Positions 1 to 10,868 are shown, counted from the first letter of the stretch. The stretch is DNA of 64,000 nt from Lachnospiraceae bacterium (GCA_022510615.1 JAFLTC010000002.1:67850-131849); one strand, 5' to 3'. Notes: a model not told the origin generated them from the sequence alone. Numbers and translations are program-made.

Positions 1-1
1 G

Positions 2-358
2 GAGAGCCGGGAAAGCACAGGCGGGCAGGAGGAAGTAACCGTTTATATTACAGAGACAGGAAGGGTATATCACAGGAAGCTGGACTGTACTTATTTAAAG
101 CTCAGTATATCCCAGATTTTATATGGGGATGTTTCCGGAATGAGAAATGAAAGTGGTGGGCGTTACAAACCCTGTGAACGCTGCTGCAAAGGAAAGACAT
201 TCACGGGGCAGTCGGTCATCTGGATTACAAACTTTGGTGACCGGTATCACAGCAGCCGCTCCTGCAGTGGGATAAAACGCAGTATTCTCACGATAAAATT
301 TTCAGAGGTGGGAAACCGTACGCCATGTAGTAAATGTGGAGAAGAAGGGAGGAAGTAG
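2..358 (+). CDS. C-terminal part of a TadE-like pilus-associated protein (5'-truncated by the window edge)
   Basis: The frame of ORF 140..358 is open back to position 2 (ESRESTGGQEEVTVYITETGRVYHRKLDC...). It has two V(Y/W)IT-x2-G-x2-YH...C...PC-x2-C repeats and lies next to a prepilin peptidase. Confidence 0.65.
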   Translation, partial: ESRESTGGQEEVTVYITETGRVYHRKLDCTYLKLSISQILYGDVSGMRNESGGRYKPCERCCKGKTFTGQSVIWITNFGDRYHSSRSCSGIKRSILTIKFSEVGNRTPCSKCGEEGRK

Positions 359-359
359 T

Positions 360-779
360 ATGAATCAGATGCTTATTCTTTTGGCAGGCATTTATCTGGC
401 AGTCATGGCAGTCCTAGATAGAAAATATAAAAAGATTCCAGTCATACCGGGTGTAGTCTGTCTTGTGTTTGTCATATTGGGACAATTTGTTGCCGGACAA
501 TCCGTTCTCCACTGGCTTCCCGGTGTTTTCATAGGTGCGTTTTTATACGCAGTAAGCCGAACCAGCGGAGGCAGTATTGGAGAAGGAGATGCCATTGTTT
601 ATCTGGTAACCGGAGCGACGTTGGGATTTTACCGGAATCTGGAACTGTTAATGCTCAGCCTGATGTTAGCTGCCATGATGAGTCTTGTTCTTTTGGTAAT
701 TAAAAAAGTGGGGAGAAGGTACGCACTTCCTTTTATTCCCTTCACGGCGGTTGCTTATGGGATGGTGGTGTTATTATGA
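360..779 (+). CDS. Prepilin peptidase (A24 family, TadV/CpaA-like)
   Basis: Hydrophobic protein with D-x5-IP, IGEGD and C-terminal LPFIPF motifs. GGAGG RBS precedes ATG 360. Confidence 0.85.
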   Translation: MNQMLILLAGIYLAVMAVLDRKYKKIPVIPGVVCLVFVILGQFVAGQSVLHWLPGVFIGAFLYAVSRTSGGSIGEGDAIVYLVTGATLGFYRNLELLMLSLMLAAMMSLVLLVIKKVGRRYALPFIPFTAVAYGMVVLL

Positions 780-1207
780 AAAAAGGAGGCTACTTTACAG
801 TAGAGGCAGTTTTTGTTGTGTCAATATGTATCTGGATTTTTGCGGCACTTGTCTTTCAGGGACTCCATGTGCATGACAGAGTTGTCATAGAATCGGTAAC
901 AAATGAACAGACGGCACAGTGGTTGTCGAAGGGAAAGGAAGAAAAAGCGGAAACGTGGAAAAAGAAGACGGAAAAGGTGTTGGAAAGCCGGTTATTGTTG
1001 ATGAAAGTAAACAAGATAGAGCCGGAGGATAGGCAGACAAAGGTTATAGTGAAGGTTCATTATACGATCCCTATTTCGCTGCCCTATATGAAAAAAATAT
1101 TATCCGGGGGCAGTGGATTATCGGTCTTTGAGACAGAAAGAGAACATGTATGTGGAGCAAAATACCGGTGGGACCATGAAGCGTTATTGGAAAAGAAGGG
1201 GGAGTGA
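776..1207 (+). CDS. TadE/TadG-like pseudopilin
   Basis: N-terminal G-YFTVEAVFV prepilin-like cleavage motif followed by a hydrophobic helix. ATGA overlap with the peptidase gene. Confidence 0.7.
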   Translation: MKKGGYFTVEAVFVVSICIWIFAALVFQGLHVHDRVVIESVTNEQTAQWLSKGKEEKAETWKKKTEKVLESRLLLMKVNKIEPEDRQTKVIVKVHYTIPISLPYMKKILSGGSGLSVFETEREHVCGAKYRWDHEALLEKKGE

Positions 1208-1210
1208 CGA

Positions 1211-2398
1211 ATGGAATATCAACTGTTACAGGATGGAACGGGAAATTATTTAAAAATAATAGGTAAAGCAGAAGAAACAATCAGTGACCGGATTTTTTCT
1301 TTTCAGGAGATAAAGGGTTTTCTACCGATGGAAATTCATTGGATAAATGGACAGAAAGAGGCCATTTATGATATTTCCGGTTGCGTATCTTTGGCATATT
1401 ATCTGACAGAAACAGTGTTTACTCTGGCAGATATTCAAAATATCTTTTTTCAGTTAGAAGCTATGATAAAGCAACTGACAGACTATCTTTTAGATAACCG
1501 GGGGTTGGTCATCCACGAAGATTTTCTTTATATCGAGAAAGAATCCGGACAGGTGGAGGGCATTTTTTGTCCGGAGGCAGAAAAGGGGGATGTAAAGGCA
1601 TTGGGACGACTGTTGGAATATATCATGGAAAAAATGAATCAGCAGGATCAGGAGCTGGTATTTTTTGTCTATGGTATGCACAAACTGACAAAGGAAGTCG
1701 GCGTTACACCGGCACGTTTGTGGGAATATGTAAAAAATATGAAACATGAAGAAATTTCTGTCCCGGAGAAAGAGGGGTGGATTATTTATCCGCACCAGGA
1801 TGAAAAATCCAGTCCGCCGATAAAGGAAAAGGCAGGCCAGCCCTTCTTAAAAGAATATTTATTTCCCGGCGTAATCGCCTTGTTGGGAGTGGGCGCCTTT
1901 CTTTTTCTCTGGCAGCTTGGTTTTTTTCGTATGCCATTATCCGGGCAGACGGATTGGAAAAAGACAGTGGGAATGGCAGCCTTTTTTCTGGCAGTTGCCG
2001 GCTATGGTGTGTGGAAAACAATACCGTCAAGGCAGGAAAAGAGAGAGTCTGATCATGTAGATTATCGGGAAGAAAAAGAGGCGAAAAAGGCCTGTTTGAT
2101 ACCTTGTCAGGGTACCGGGGAACCCATACCGGTTACCTGTTTTCCTTTTCAGATCGGCCGTGCGGCAGGAAAGGTAAATGCATTTCTCAGTGATCAGGGA
2201 ATCAGTCGGATACATGCCCAGATACTACAAGAGGGTGGAAATATTTTTGTGATGGATGAAGAATCGAGAAATGGGACGTTTCGGAATAACGAAAGACTGG
2301 TGCCGTGGCAGAAAACGAAACTCAATGACGGAGATTTACTTCGTCTGGCAGGAAATGAATATGTAGTGGAAATTACTCACTCGGAATATGTCATATGA
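1211..2398 (+). CDS. DUF6382-type N-terminal domain, 2 TM helices and C-terminal FHA domain protein (Tad locus-associated)
   Basis: FHA motifs IGR, ISRIHA and SRNGTF. Two central TM segments. Confidence 0.8.
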   Translation: MEYQLLQDGTGNYLKIIGKAEETISDRIFSFQEIKGFLPMEIHWINGQKEAIYDISGCVSLAYYLTETVFTLADIQNIFFQLEAMIKQLTDYLLDNRGLVIHEDFLYIEKESGQVEGIFCPEAEKGDVKALGRLLEYIMEKMNQQDQELVFFVYGMHKLTKEVGVTPARLWEYVKNMKHEEISVPEKEGWIIYPHQDEKSSPPIKEKAGQPFLKEYLFPGVIALLGVGAFLFLWQLGFFRMPLSGQTDWKKTVGMAAFFLAVAGYGVWKTIPSRQEKRESDHVDYREEKEAKKACLIPCQGTGEPIPVTCFPFQIGRAAGKVNAFLSDQGISRIHAQILQEGGNIFVMDEESRNGTFRNNERLVPWQKTKLNDGDLLRLAGNEYVVEITHSEYVI

Positions 2399-3777
2399 TG
2401 GATAAATTGTTTTTCAAAATAGGAGCTTTCGGCTAGATTGACATGATTGACCGGAGGTATAAAAAGGGTGTCCGGCTCTTTTACGGCAAATTCCCACAGA
2501 CCTCGCAGGCAGGTATTTCCCATGGGATGCATGACATCAGGGGAAACAGAAGAAAACATTCTCAGTGTCTGACAGTCCGCCGGATTAAGATAAAAGCCAA
2601 AACCACCGCCTAAATAAAAGTCTGTAATTTCCTCCGGTGCTATTCCGGCGGTATGAGAAAGAGTTTCAATGCCGGCTGCAATGGCGGCAGCCGCCAGCTG
2701 GATATTCCGGAAATCCTCCGGGGTAAGGAAAAGAGAAGTACCCTCAGCCGACGAGGAGAGAAAAATTCCTTCCGCCGGAAAGCGTTCGCTTAATATGCCC
2801 TCTTTTGACACATAGTTTTTTCGGATTAATTCCGCGCATAATTGAATAGCACCGCAACCGCATATGCCCACGGGGAGCTTATTGTCAATGGTGGTAACTG
2901 TCGGGCGGAGAGGCTTTAAGTGGACGCCGCATATGGCACCGGGAATGGCCGGACAGCCACAGGACAGACCACCCCCCTCAAAGGCAGGACCGGCGGCTGT
3001 GGCGGCTGTATATAAAGTATTGTTATAAAAAAGAGCCATTTCGCCATTTGTACCGAGGTCTAAAAAGAGAGTCGGTGTTTCTTTTTCTGTCAGATGACAG
3101 GCAAAAAGACCGGCGGTAATATCGCCGCCGACAAAGGCGGAGAGCCATGGAAGAATGGTTACCTTACAGTTTTTGTAGTAAAAGGGCTCCGGCGATGGTA
3201 CATGGATAGAAAAGGGGCTGGCAGCAAGACCGCTGCAGTCATATCCCATCAAAAGATGAATCATCGTAGTATTTCCTCCGATTAAGCAGGAGGTTATCTG
3301 TTCCGGCCGCTGATGGTTTTTCTGACAAAGGAGAGAAACCTGCCTTGTCAGTGCCGAAATAATTGTTTGCCGTAAATCCTTTAAGCTGCCGGAGCAGGCG
3401 GCCTGAATCCGGGCAATAATATCCGCACCATACGTTCTCTGGGGATTGGAAAAGCTCAGAGTCTGCCGCAGAGTACCACCGTTTTTTTCCATCAGGGCAA
3501 GAGCCACGGTAGTTGTACCAAGGTCAATTAAAAGAGTATCCCCGATTCCCGGAGAGGATACCATATCCTCTAAGGCAATCCCGGTAATATCTCCGGTGGT
3601 ATCCGGTAGTGTTATCGTAATGGGTTCTTTTGGAATCAGAGAACAGTCGAAGGAATATAGTTTCCCGTTGCAGTGGTGCTGTCCATGACAATTACAGGGC
3701 AGGGAATATCCCATTTGCTCTAAAAGTGTCAGAATATGTTTGTCATTATTTTTGTCAGCCTTTACGGTAATTTTCAT
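2377..3777 (-). CDS. ASKHA-domain ATPase, RACo/DUF4445-like reductive activator with an N-terminal Fe-S region
   Basis: DLGTTT, NPQ-x2-GADII-RI, DLGTNGE, AAGPAFEG and GGGFG motifs. N-terminal Cys cluster. Confidence 0.8.
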   Translation of the reverse strand: MKITVKADKNNDKHILTLLEQMGYSLPCNCHGQHHCNGKLYSFDCSLIPKEPITITLPDTTGDITGIALEDMVSSPGIGDTLLIDLGTTTVALALMEKNGGTLRQTLSFSNPQRTYGADIIARIQAACSGSLKDLRQTIISALTRQVSLLCQKNHQRPEQITSCLIGGNTTMIHLLMGYDCSGLAASPFSIHVPSPEPFYYKNCKVTILPWLSAFVGGDITAGLFACHLTEKETPTLFLDLGTNGEMALFYNNTLYTAATAAGPAFEGGGLSCGCPAIPGAICGVHLKPLRPTVTTIDNKLPVGICGCGAIQLCAELIRKNYVSKEGILSERFPAEGIFLSSSAEGTSLFLTPEDFRNIQLAAAAIAAGIETLSHTAGIAPEEITDFYLGGGFGFYLNPADCQTLRMFSSVSPDVMHPMGNTCLRGLWEFAVKEPDTLFIPPVNHVNLAESSYFEKQFIHHMTYSE

Positions 3778-3915
3778 CCATACTCACTCCTATATTTCGA
3801 TTCATTGACCAGTTTTTTGTTCTGTGTTACAATTTCAATCATAGCATAAACAAAAATTACAGTCCAGCAGGAGAATGCAAAGAGGGATACTTCTTCCATG
3901 GATAGGGAGGTCAGG

Positions 3916-4527
3916 ATGCGGGAAAAAAATATAATTCCTGTCATTACGATTGTACTGGCAGCGATAAATGTATTGGTATATGTTTTTGTGGAGTGGTTTG
4001 GCTCCAGCTACGATACCGGTTTTATGATGAAAATGGGAGCAATATATGAGCCGTTGATACTAGAGGACCATGAATATTACCGGCTTATTACTCATTTTTT
4101 TCTCCATTTTGGCTTTGATCATCTGTTACACAATATGGTATCACTTCTCATATTGGGATGTACATTGGAAAGGGTTATGGGGAAAGTGAAATATTTTGTT
4201 TTATATTTTCTTTCCGGAATTCTTGCAGGAGTTACCTCTATCGTTTATAATGTAGTTGTTGGTAATGAGTATGTTGTTTCCTGTGGAGCATCAGGGGCAA
4301 TCTATGGACTGACAGGGGCACTTTTAGTCCTTTTGATAATAGGAAATCGGAACCGCGGAACATCGGAAGTAACCCGATACCTTTTATTTATCGGACTTAG
4401 CTTATATAGTGGAATTCGGGATACCAGTATTGACAACGCTGCCCATATCGGTGGATTTATTACCGGATTTCTGATTTGTTTGATTATGTCAAGAAAGAAA
4501 AGGATGGAGGTTACCTATGAGAGTTAA
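3916..4527 (+). CDS. Rhomboid family intramembrane serine protease
   Basis: HFGFDHLLHN, GASGAIYG and AHIGG motifs. GGGAGG RBS favours ATG 3916. Confidence 0.9.
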   Translation: MREKNIIPVITIVLAAINVLVYVFVEWFGSSYDTGFMMKMGAIYEPLILEDHEYYRLITHFFLHFGFDHLLHNMVSLLILGCTLERVMGKVKYFVLYFLSGILAGVTSIVYNVVVGNEYVVSCGASGAIYGLTGALLVLLIIGNRNRGTSEVTRYLLFIGLSLYSGIRDTSIDNAAHIGGFITGFLICLIMSRKKRMEVTYES

Positions 4528-5506
4528 TATTTATTATGGAGGAAGAGGGCTGATTGATGACCCCACACTATTTGCCATTGAAAAAATTACAAAGGTACTG
4601 GATGAATTGCGGGTTACGGTGGAACGATATAATCTGTACGAGGAAAAAAGCAGTATTACTGTTTTGCCAAAGACGTTAAAAGATGCCGATGGTGTAATTC
4701 TTGCCGCCTCTGTGGAATGGTTTGGTATCGGGGGATTTTTACAGCAGTTTTTAGATGCCTGCTGGCTGTATGGAGATAAGGAAAGTATCTCTCACATTTA
4801 TATGCTTCCTCTTGTCATGGCAACTACTTATGGAGAACGGGAGGCGGAATATACCCTGATTCGTGCGTGGGAAATGCTAGGTGGAGTTCCTTGCGAAGGC
4901 TTGTGTGCTTATGTGGATAACCATGTGGATTTTGAGACAAATGCGGAATATAATCTAATGATAGAAAAAAAGATAGAGAATTTTTACCGCACAATTTCTA
5001 AAAAAGCAGTGGCATTTCCGAACAGCAGCATGCAGGTGAAAGAGACGATGCTTCGTAGCAGCTCTCTCTCTTTGACACCGCAGGAAAGTGAGCAGTTGTC
5101 GGTTTATGTTTCCAATGATAACTATGTCAAGAAACAGAAAGAAGATATCGAAGAACTAGCAAGTTTGTTTAAGGGAATGTTGGGTGAGGATGGGGATGCC
5201 GATATTTATATTCGTAAACTAAAGGAAAACTTTTATCCATTAGATGATATGAAGGCAATCTTTCAGATTGATTTGACAGACGAAAATACTTCCCTGGTCA
5301 TTGACATAAATGAAGATAAAATGGAGTGTTACCTGGGCAGTGTGGAAGAGTCAGATGTCACGGCAAAGGTAAAAAAGGAGGTCTTTACCGATATCTTGAA
5401 CGGCGCAAAAACATTCCAGAGTGCATTTATGTCAGGGGAGTTATCCGCTCAGGGAAACTTTAAAATATTGAGAAATTTTGACACGATTTTCCGTTTCGGG
5501 AAGTAG
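4517..5506 (+). CDS. Flavodoxin-like (FMN reductase-type) protein fused to a C-terminal SCP2 domain
   Basis: N-terminal flavodoxin-like region (DADGVILAASVEW) and an SCP2-like tail (AFMSGELSAQGN). Confidence 0.7.
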   Translation: MRVNIYYGGRGLIDDPTLFAIEKITKVLDELRVTVERYNLYEEKSSITVLPKTLKDADGVILAASVEWFGIGGFLQQFLDACWLYGDKESISHIYMLPLVMATTYGEREAEYTLIRAWEMLGGVPCEGLCAYVDNHVDFETNAEYNLMIEKKIENFYRTISKKAVAFPNSSMQVKETMLRSSSLSLTPQESEQLSVYVSNDNYVKKQKEDIEELASLFKGMLGEDGDADIYIRKLKENFYPLDDMKAIFQIDLTDENTSLVIDINEDKMECYLGSVEESDVTAKVKKEVFTDILNGAKTFQSAFMSGELSAQGNFKILRNFDTIFRFGK

Positions 5507-5554
5507 AGTATTCTGAAAGAATAGGTCTAAGAAAGGCAATGGAGGTATAAAGAA

Positions 5555-5974
5555 ATGAAGGATGAAAATTGTATTTTTTGTAAAATTTTAGCGGGAGAAA
5601 TTCCGTCAACGACGGTTTATGAGGATGATTCCTTTCAGGCCATTTTAGATGTCAGTCCGGCAGCAAGAGGTCATGTTATTATTTTGCCGAAAAATCATGC
5701 GGCAAATTTATTTGAGTTATCGGAAGAGGATGCGGCAGGCATTATGGTTGTGGCAAAAAAAATTGCAACGGCTGTCAAAAAGACCTATCAATGTGACGGT
5801 ATCAATGTACTCCAGAATAACGGGGAGGCAGCGGGACAGTCGGTATTCCATCTCCATGTTCATGTAATACCGAGATTTGAGGGCGACACCGATACGATTA
5901 ATATTGGTTGGAAGCCGGGAGAGATGCCGTTAGATATGGCAGCGATAGCAGATGAAATCAAAGCAAATTTATAG
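5555..5974 (+). CDS. HIT family nucleotide hydrolase
   Basis: CIFCKI and HLHVHVIPR motifs. Confidence 0.95.
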   Translation: MKDENCIFCKILAGEIPSTTVYEDDSFQAILDVSPAARGHVIILPKNHAANLFELSEEDAAGIMVVAKKIATAVKKTYQCDGINVLQNNGEAAGQSVFHLHVHVIPRFEGDTDTINIGWKPGEMPLDMAAIADEIKANL

Positions 5975-5986
5975 GGAGGTATTACG

Positions 5987-7060
5987 GTGAAACGGATTAT
6001 ACTGACAGGCGGAGGAACCGCGGGACATGTGACGCCGAATATTGCATTAATTCCGGAATTGCAGAAGCGGGATTATGAAATTCATTATATTGGCTCGAAA
6101 ACCGGAATTGAAAAAGAACTGATTAGTAATTTTGACATCCCTTACTATGGGATTTCTTCCGGTAAGCTTCGCCGGTATTTTGACGTTAAGAATTTTACGG
6201 ACCCGGTTCGGATTTTAAAGGGCTATGCTGAGGCAGATAAGTTGATGAAAAAAATCAAACCGGATGTGGTATTTTCCAAGGGCGGGTTTGTGACCGTGCC
6301 GGTTGTAAAGGCGGCAAAGCGGAGACATGTCCCTTGTGTTTTGCATGAATCGGATATTTCTCCAGGTCTGGCAAACCGTTTGTGTATTTCTTCGGCAGCG
6401 GCGATTTGTGCCAATTTTCCGGAGACCCTGGAAAATCTCCCAAAGGAAAAGGCGTATCTGACCGGTTCGCCAATCCGGGGCGAACTTTTTTCCGGAAATC
6501 GTCTGAAGGGACTGGATTTTTGTGGCTTTACCGCAAATAGACCGGTTATTCTTGTCATTGGAGGAAGCCTCGGGTCTGTGCGGGTCAATGAAGCCGTGAG
6601 AGAGATTTTGCCGGAGTTGTTGGAGCGTTACCAGATTATCCATCTTTGTGGAAAGGATAAAGTAGAGGAATCACTGAAGGGGACAGAGGGGTATGTTCAG
6701 TATGAATATATTCAGAAGGAACTCTGCGACCTTTTAGATGCTGCTGACATTGTTATTTCCCGTGCCGGTGCCAATGCCATCTGCGAATTGCTGGCACTGC
6801 ATAAGCCGAATATTCTGATTCCGCTCTCTCTGGAAGCCAGTCGAGGAGATCAGATTTTAAATGCCGCTTCTTTTGAAAAGCAGGGCTTTAGTTATGTGAT
6901 CCGGGAAGAAGAGCTGACCAGTGAGAAGCTTTTAGAGGCAGTTCGTCAGGTGGATGAAAAGAAACAGGAGTATCAGGCGGCCATGTCTGCCAGCGACCAG
7001 CAGAATGCGGTGATAAAGGTGGCAGATATTATCGATAAAACGGTTCTTGCCGAACAATAA
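5987..7060 (+). CDS. murG: Undecaprenyldiphospho-muramoylpentapeptide N-acetylglucosaminyltransferase
   Basis: TGGGTAGHV, GGSLGS, SRAGAN and DQILNA motifs. GTG start with RBS. Confidence 0.95.
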   Translation: MKRIILTGGGTAGHVTPNIALIPELQKRDYEIHYIGSKTGIEKELISNFDIPYYGISSGKLRRYFDVKNFTDPVRILKGYAEADKLMKKIKPDVVFSKGGFVTVPVVKAAKRRHVPCVLHESDISPGLANRLCISSAAAICANFPETLENLPKEKAYLTGSPIRGELFSGNRLKGLDFCGFTANRPVILVIGGSLGSVRVNEAVREILPELLERYQIIHLCGKDKVEESLKGTEGYVQYEYIQKELCDLLDAADIVISRAGANAICELLALHKPNILIPLSLEASRGDQILNAASFEKQGFSYVIREEELTSEKLLEAVRQVDEKKQEYQAAMSASDQQNAVIKVADIIDKTVLAEQ

Positions 7061-7195
7061 GAAGATGTTAGTCGTATTGTGTCATACGATTTTTTAAAAA
7101 GTCAGGAATACCATCTGGTATCCTTCCCCCTTCACTGTTATACTGACGGAAAACTCGGAGAATTTCAGCCGGGAGTCAGAAATGGAGGGACTGAT

Positions 7196-7900
7196 ATGAG
7201 GGAATTTTTAAACTACTACGGTGTTGTATATGGAGTGATTGCACTCTGTATGCTGGAAATCCTGACGAAGGGAATGCTTAGCCATACATATAAGCGTCTT
7301 TTAAAGGCGGCGAAAGATATGGGTCATTCGGAGCACCGGCTGATGAAGTCGTTGCGTATGAAATTTGAGACCTGCTATAAATTAAAAATTGGTGTTCCCA
7401 ATGTGGAAATTTTTGTTGAAAAGTATCTCAGACATTATCATGTTTTGGGACTGCATTTGAAGACATGGGAAACCTTTTGCAATCAATGTATGCTGCTTTC
7501 CATGATTGGCAGTTTTGGCTTTGGAATCTGGGCGATGATTATAAACTCAAGCCCGGAAGTTATTTTTTCCAGTCTGTTTGTCGGGGTATTGGGAAACGGG
7601 ATTGTTTTATTATTTGACGGCTTATTTGGCATTGGCAGTAAGCGTGAGCTTTTGCGTATTGACATGATGGATTTTCTTGAAAACATATACAAGCCGCGAC
7701 TGGAAAACGAGACGTTCCATTCTCAGATGATGGAAGAATATCAGCAGGAATATTTTGATTTTGATAAGGAGATAGAAAAGCAGGCAAAGGTAGTCAATCT
7801 TGTTCCGAAGGAGGAAGAAACAATACCGGGACTGTCCATTGATTTTACAAAAGAGGAAGAAGAAGTAATCCGGGAGGTAATCCGGGAATATCTGGGATAA
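7196..7900 (+). CDS. Hypothetical membrane protein
   Basis: GGAGG RBS before ATG 7196. Three hydrophobic segments and an acidic tail. Confidence 0.7.
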   Translation: MREFLNYYGVVYGVIALCMLEILTKGMLSHTYKRLLKAAKDMGHSEHRLMKSLRMKFETCYKLKIGVPNVEIFVEKYLRHYHVLGLHLKTWETFCNQCMLLSMIGSFGFGIWAMIINSSPEVIFSSLFVGVLGNGIVLLFDGLFGIGSKRELLRIDMMDFLENIYKPRLENETFHSQMMEEYQQEYFDFDKEIEKQAKVVNLVPKEEETIPGLSIDFTKEEEEVIREVIREYLG

Positions 7901-7903
7901 AGG

Positions 7904-7933
7904 TTGACAGAGAGATTTACAAAAGGGTATAAT
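7904..7933 (+). promoter_or_regulatory. SigA promoter of pgi
   Basis: TTGACA (7904-7909), 18-nt spacer, TATAAT (7928-7933). Confidence 0.75.
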
Positions 7934-7996
7934 TCATTTAGAAAACTGTCCTGATAAAAAAGGGCGATATGAATATTGTACAGGAGGATTAATACA

Positions 7997-9349
7997 ATGA
8001 AAAACCATGTTACATTTGACTATTCTCTGGCAGGAAAATTTATTCGGGAAGATGAAATTACATCCATGAAGGCACTGGCAGAGACAGCAAGGGATACTTT
8101 GGAGAACAAGAAGGGTGCGGGAAATGATTTTCTTGGCTGGATTGATTTGCCGGTAGACTATGATAAAGAGGAATTTGCAAGAATACAAAAGGCAGCGGAA
8201 AAGATTCAGTCGGATTCTGAGGTTTTAGTCGTAATCGGTATCGGTGGTTCCTATCTGGGAGCCCGTGCGGCAATTGAGTTTTTGCGCCACTGCTTTTACA
8301 ACAGTGTGGACAAGTCGGTGCGAAAGACACCGGAAATTTATTATGCCGGAAACAGCATCAGCGGCACATATCTGTCCCAGTTGGTAGAAACTATCGGAGA
8401 CAGAGATTTTTCTGTCAATGTTATAAGTAAGTCCGGTACAACGACAGAACCGGCTATTGCTTTCCGTGTATTTAAGGAAATGCTGGAAAATAAATATGGA
8501 AAAGAAGGAGCGGCAAAACGTATTTATGCCACCACCGATAAGGCCAGAGGAGCTCTCAAGGGACTGGCAGACGAGGAAGGATATGAAACCTTTGTTGTGC
8601 CGGATGACGTAGGGGGACGTTTTTCCGTTCTTACCGCAGTTGGGCTTTTGCCAATCGCTGCCAGCGGTGCTGATATTAGCAAATTAATGGAGGGCGCCCA
8701 GAGCATGAGAAAGCTTTGTCTGGAAACCCCGATTGAAAAAAATGATTCCATTTTATATGCCATTATCCGAAACATTCTGCACCAGAAGGGCAAGGATGTG
8801 GAAGTGCTGGCAAACTATGAGCCAATTTTCCATTATGTAGCAGAGTGGTGGAAGCAGTTGTACGGCGAGAGCGAAGGAAAGGATCAGAAGGGTATCTTCC
8901 CGGCATCTGTGGATTTGACAACTGACTTGCACTCCATGGGTCAGTTTATTCAGGACGGTTCCCGCATTATGTATGAAACTGTTATGGAGTTGGAAAAACC
9001 GGCACTGGATATTACGTTGAAGGAAGAGGCAAAGGATTTGGACGGCTTGAATTATCTGGCGGGCAAAACAATGGATTTCATCAATAAGAGCGCCATGAAG
9101 GGAACCCAGTTAGCCCATACGGACGGTAATGTTCCAAACCTTATTATTCGCGTTCCGGAGCAGGATGAATTCTGTCTGGGCGAGTTGTTCTATTTCTTTG
9201 AGTATGCCTGTGGTATCAGTGGCTATCTCTTAGGAGTAAATCCGTTTAACCAGCCTGGTGTGGAGAGCTATAAAAAGAATATGTTTGCGCTGCTTGGCAA
9301 ACCGGGCTATGAGGATTTGAGTAAAGAATTACTGGCAAGACTGGGATAA
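7997..9349 (+). CDS. pgi: Glucose-6-phosphate isomerase
   Basis: [28 protein letters not shown] and NQPGVE motifs. AGGAGG RBS. Confidence 0.97.
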   Translation: MKNHVTFDYSLAGKFIREDEITSMKALAETARDTLENKKGAGNDFLGWIDLPVDYDKEEFARIQKAAEKIQSDSEVLVVIGIGGSYLGARAAIEFLRHCFYNSVDKSVRKTPEIYYAGNSISGTYLSQLVETIGDRDFSVNVISKSGTTTEPAIAFRVFKEMLENKYGKEGAAKRIYATTDKARGALKGLADEEGYETFVVPDDVGGRFSVLTAVGLLPIAASGADISKLMEGAQSMRKLCLETPIEKNDSILYAIIRNILHQKGKDVEVLANYEPIFHYVAEWWKQLYGESEGKDQKGIFPASVDLTTDLHSMGQFIQDGSRIMYETVMELEKPALDITLKEEAKDLDGLNYLAGKTMDFINKSAMKGTQLAHTDGNVPNLIIRVPEQDEFCLGELFYFFEYACGISGYLLGVNPFNQPGVESYKKNMFALLGKPGYEDLSKELLARLG

Positions 9350-9407
9350 TGTAATGGAATAATACATTGAAATATTCTTTTTTGAGAAATTAAATAAAGA
9401 TATTTGG

Positions 9408-9435
9408 GAAGCAGGAATGGGTTCATTCCTGCTTC
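9408..9435 (+). terminator. Hairpin downstream of pgi, probable terminator
   Basis: GAAGCAGGAATG-ggtt-CATTCCTGCTTC, with a weak U tail. Confidence 0.55.
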
Positions 9436-9458
9436 TGTTATGTGGCAACCAATTTTTG

Positions 9459-9496
9459 TGCCAGATATATCAATTTTTGTTCCGAAAACATCATAG
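9459..9496 (+). promoter_or_regulatory. Candidate AraC-family activator site upstream of the esterase gene
   Basis: 38-bp motif with 32/38 identity to 10974-11011 and an internal 21-bp-period repeat. Confidence 0.55.
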
Positions 9497-9563
9497 TAAT
9501 TTTTTCTCATAGCACTTAAAATAAAAATAATATAGATATTTTTGTATAAAAGGAGGAAAATTT

Positions 9564-10868
9564 ATGAGGCATTGGAAACGCATAACCGGAATTGTTCTGT
9601 CCGGAATGTTAGTACTGTCAATGACAATAAGCAGCGCCACAGGTGGATTATCTGTAGCAAAGACAAAAAAAGCAACATTAAAAACAAAAAATGTAAAACT
9701 GAAGGTGGGCAAGAAAAAAACGATTAAAATTAGAAATAAGAAAAAATCCTGTAAATATACCTTTAAAAGCAACAAGAAAAAGGTGGCTACCGTATCAAAA
9801 AAAGGTAAAATTAAAGCAATCAAAACAGGCTCTGCCAGAATTACGGTAAAAGAGATTGCAAAAAGGGGAAAAGGGAAATCAAGGAGAGTTGGTACCGTGA
9901 AGGTGAAGATTACAGAATCAGGAAATGATAATAAGGCAACAGAGACACCAAATTATAATCCGACAAAGGCGCCTACAGCTAGTCCGAATAATATACCGAC
10001 TCCGTCGCCGACACCGAGCACAGAACCAACCGCAAGTCCGACACCAAGTCCGGGCACATCTTCAGATTATAACCCTCCAAGTGATTATACAACGAAAAAA
10101 GCAGATGTGGTATATGGTAAAAGAGAGCTGATTGAATATTACTCAACAACGACAGAGAAAAACCGGAAGGCCTATGTGGTTTTGCCGAACGGATATGACG
10201 AAAGTAAACAATATCCTGTTGTATACCTATTACATGGTATCGGAGGTGATCATACTGAGTGGTTCCAAGGCAAACCTGTGGAAATTCTTGGCAATCTGAT
10301 TGCCGCAGGAGAAGCGGACGAGATGATTATGGTGTTCCCGAACATTCGTGCCAGGGCGAATGATGCGGCTTCTTATGAGCTTACCGTGGAAGCCTTCCAG
10401 GCATTTGACAATTTTATTAATGATCTCCGTGATAACTTGATGCCATATATAGAGAAGAATTATGCTGTAAAAACCGGACGCGAAAATACGGCGGTGTGTG
10501 GATTATCCATGGGAGGAAGAGAGTCCTTGAATATAGGTCTTAAAATGGCAGATAAATTCGGTTATATAGGTGCCTTTGAGCCAGCTATCGGTGTACTCCC
10601 TTATGAGATAGAGGGTGGACTGTTTACCACGGAAACCATGACACTGCCGGACAAATACAAGAACAGTACCTTCCTTATGATTGTAAAGGGACAGAGTGAT
10701 GGTGTTGTAGGAGAATGGCCGCTGACATACCATAATACCCTAGAAAAGAACGGTGTACCGCATCTCTACTATGATATGCCGGGAGGACACGATTTCAGTG
10801 TATGGAATAACGGTCTCTACAATTTTGCCAAGAGAATTTTCAGTAAAAGTTCCATTACAGTAAAATAG
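9564..10868 (+). CDS. Secreted CE1 (feruloyl/acetyl xylan) esterase with a Lys-rich Ig-like (Big_2-type) N-domain and PT linker
   Basis: Signal peptide, YPVVYLLHGIGG, GLSMGG nucleophile elbow and GGHDF. Similar to the XynZ esterase domain type. Confidence 0.85.
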   Translation: MRHWKRITGIVLSGMLVLSMTISSATGGLSVAKTKKATLKTKNVKLKVGKKKTIKIRNKKKSCKYTFKSNKKKVATVSKKGKIKAIKTGSARITVKEIAKRGKGKSRRVGTVKVKITESGNDNKATETPNYNPTKAPTASPNNIPTPSPTPSTEPTASPTPSPGTSSDYNPPSDYTTKKADVVYGKRELIEYYSTTTEKNRKAYVVLPNGYDESKQYPVVYLLHGIGGDHTEWFQGKPVEILGNLIAAGEADEMIMVFPNIRARANDAASYELTVEAFQAFDNFINDLRDNLMPYIEKNYAVKTGRENTAVCGLSMGGRESLNIGLKMADKFGYIGAFEPAIGVLPYEIEGGLFTTETMTLPDKYKNSTFLMIVKGQSDGVVGEWPLTYHNTLEKNGVPHLYYDMPGGHDFSVWNNGLYNFAKRIFSKSSITVK

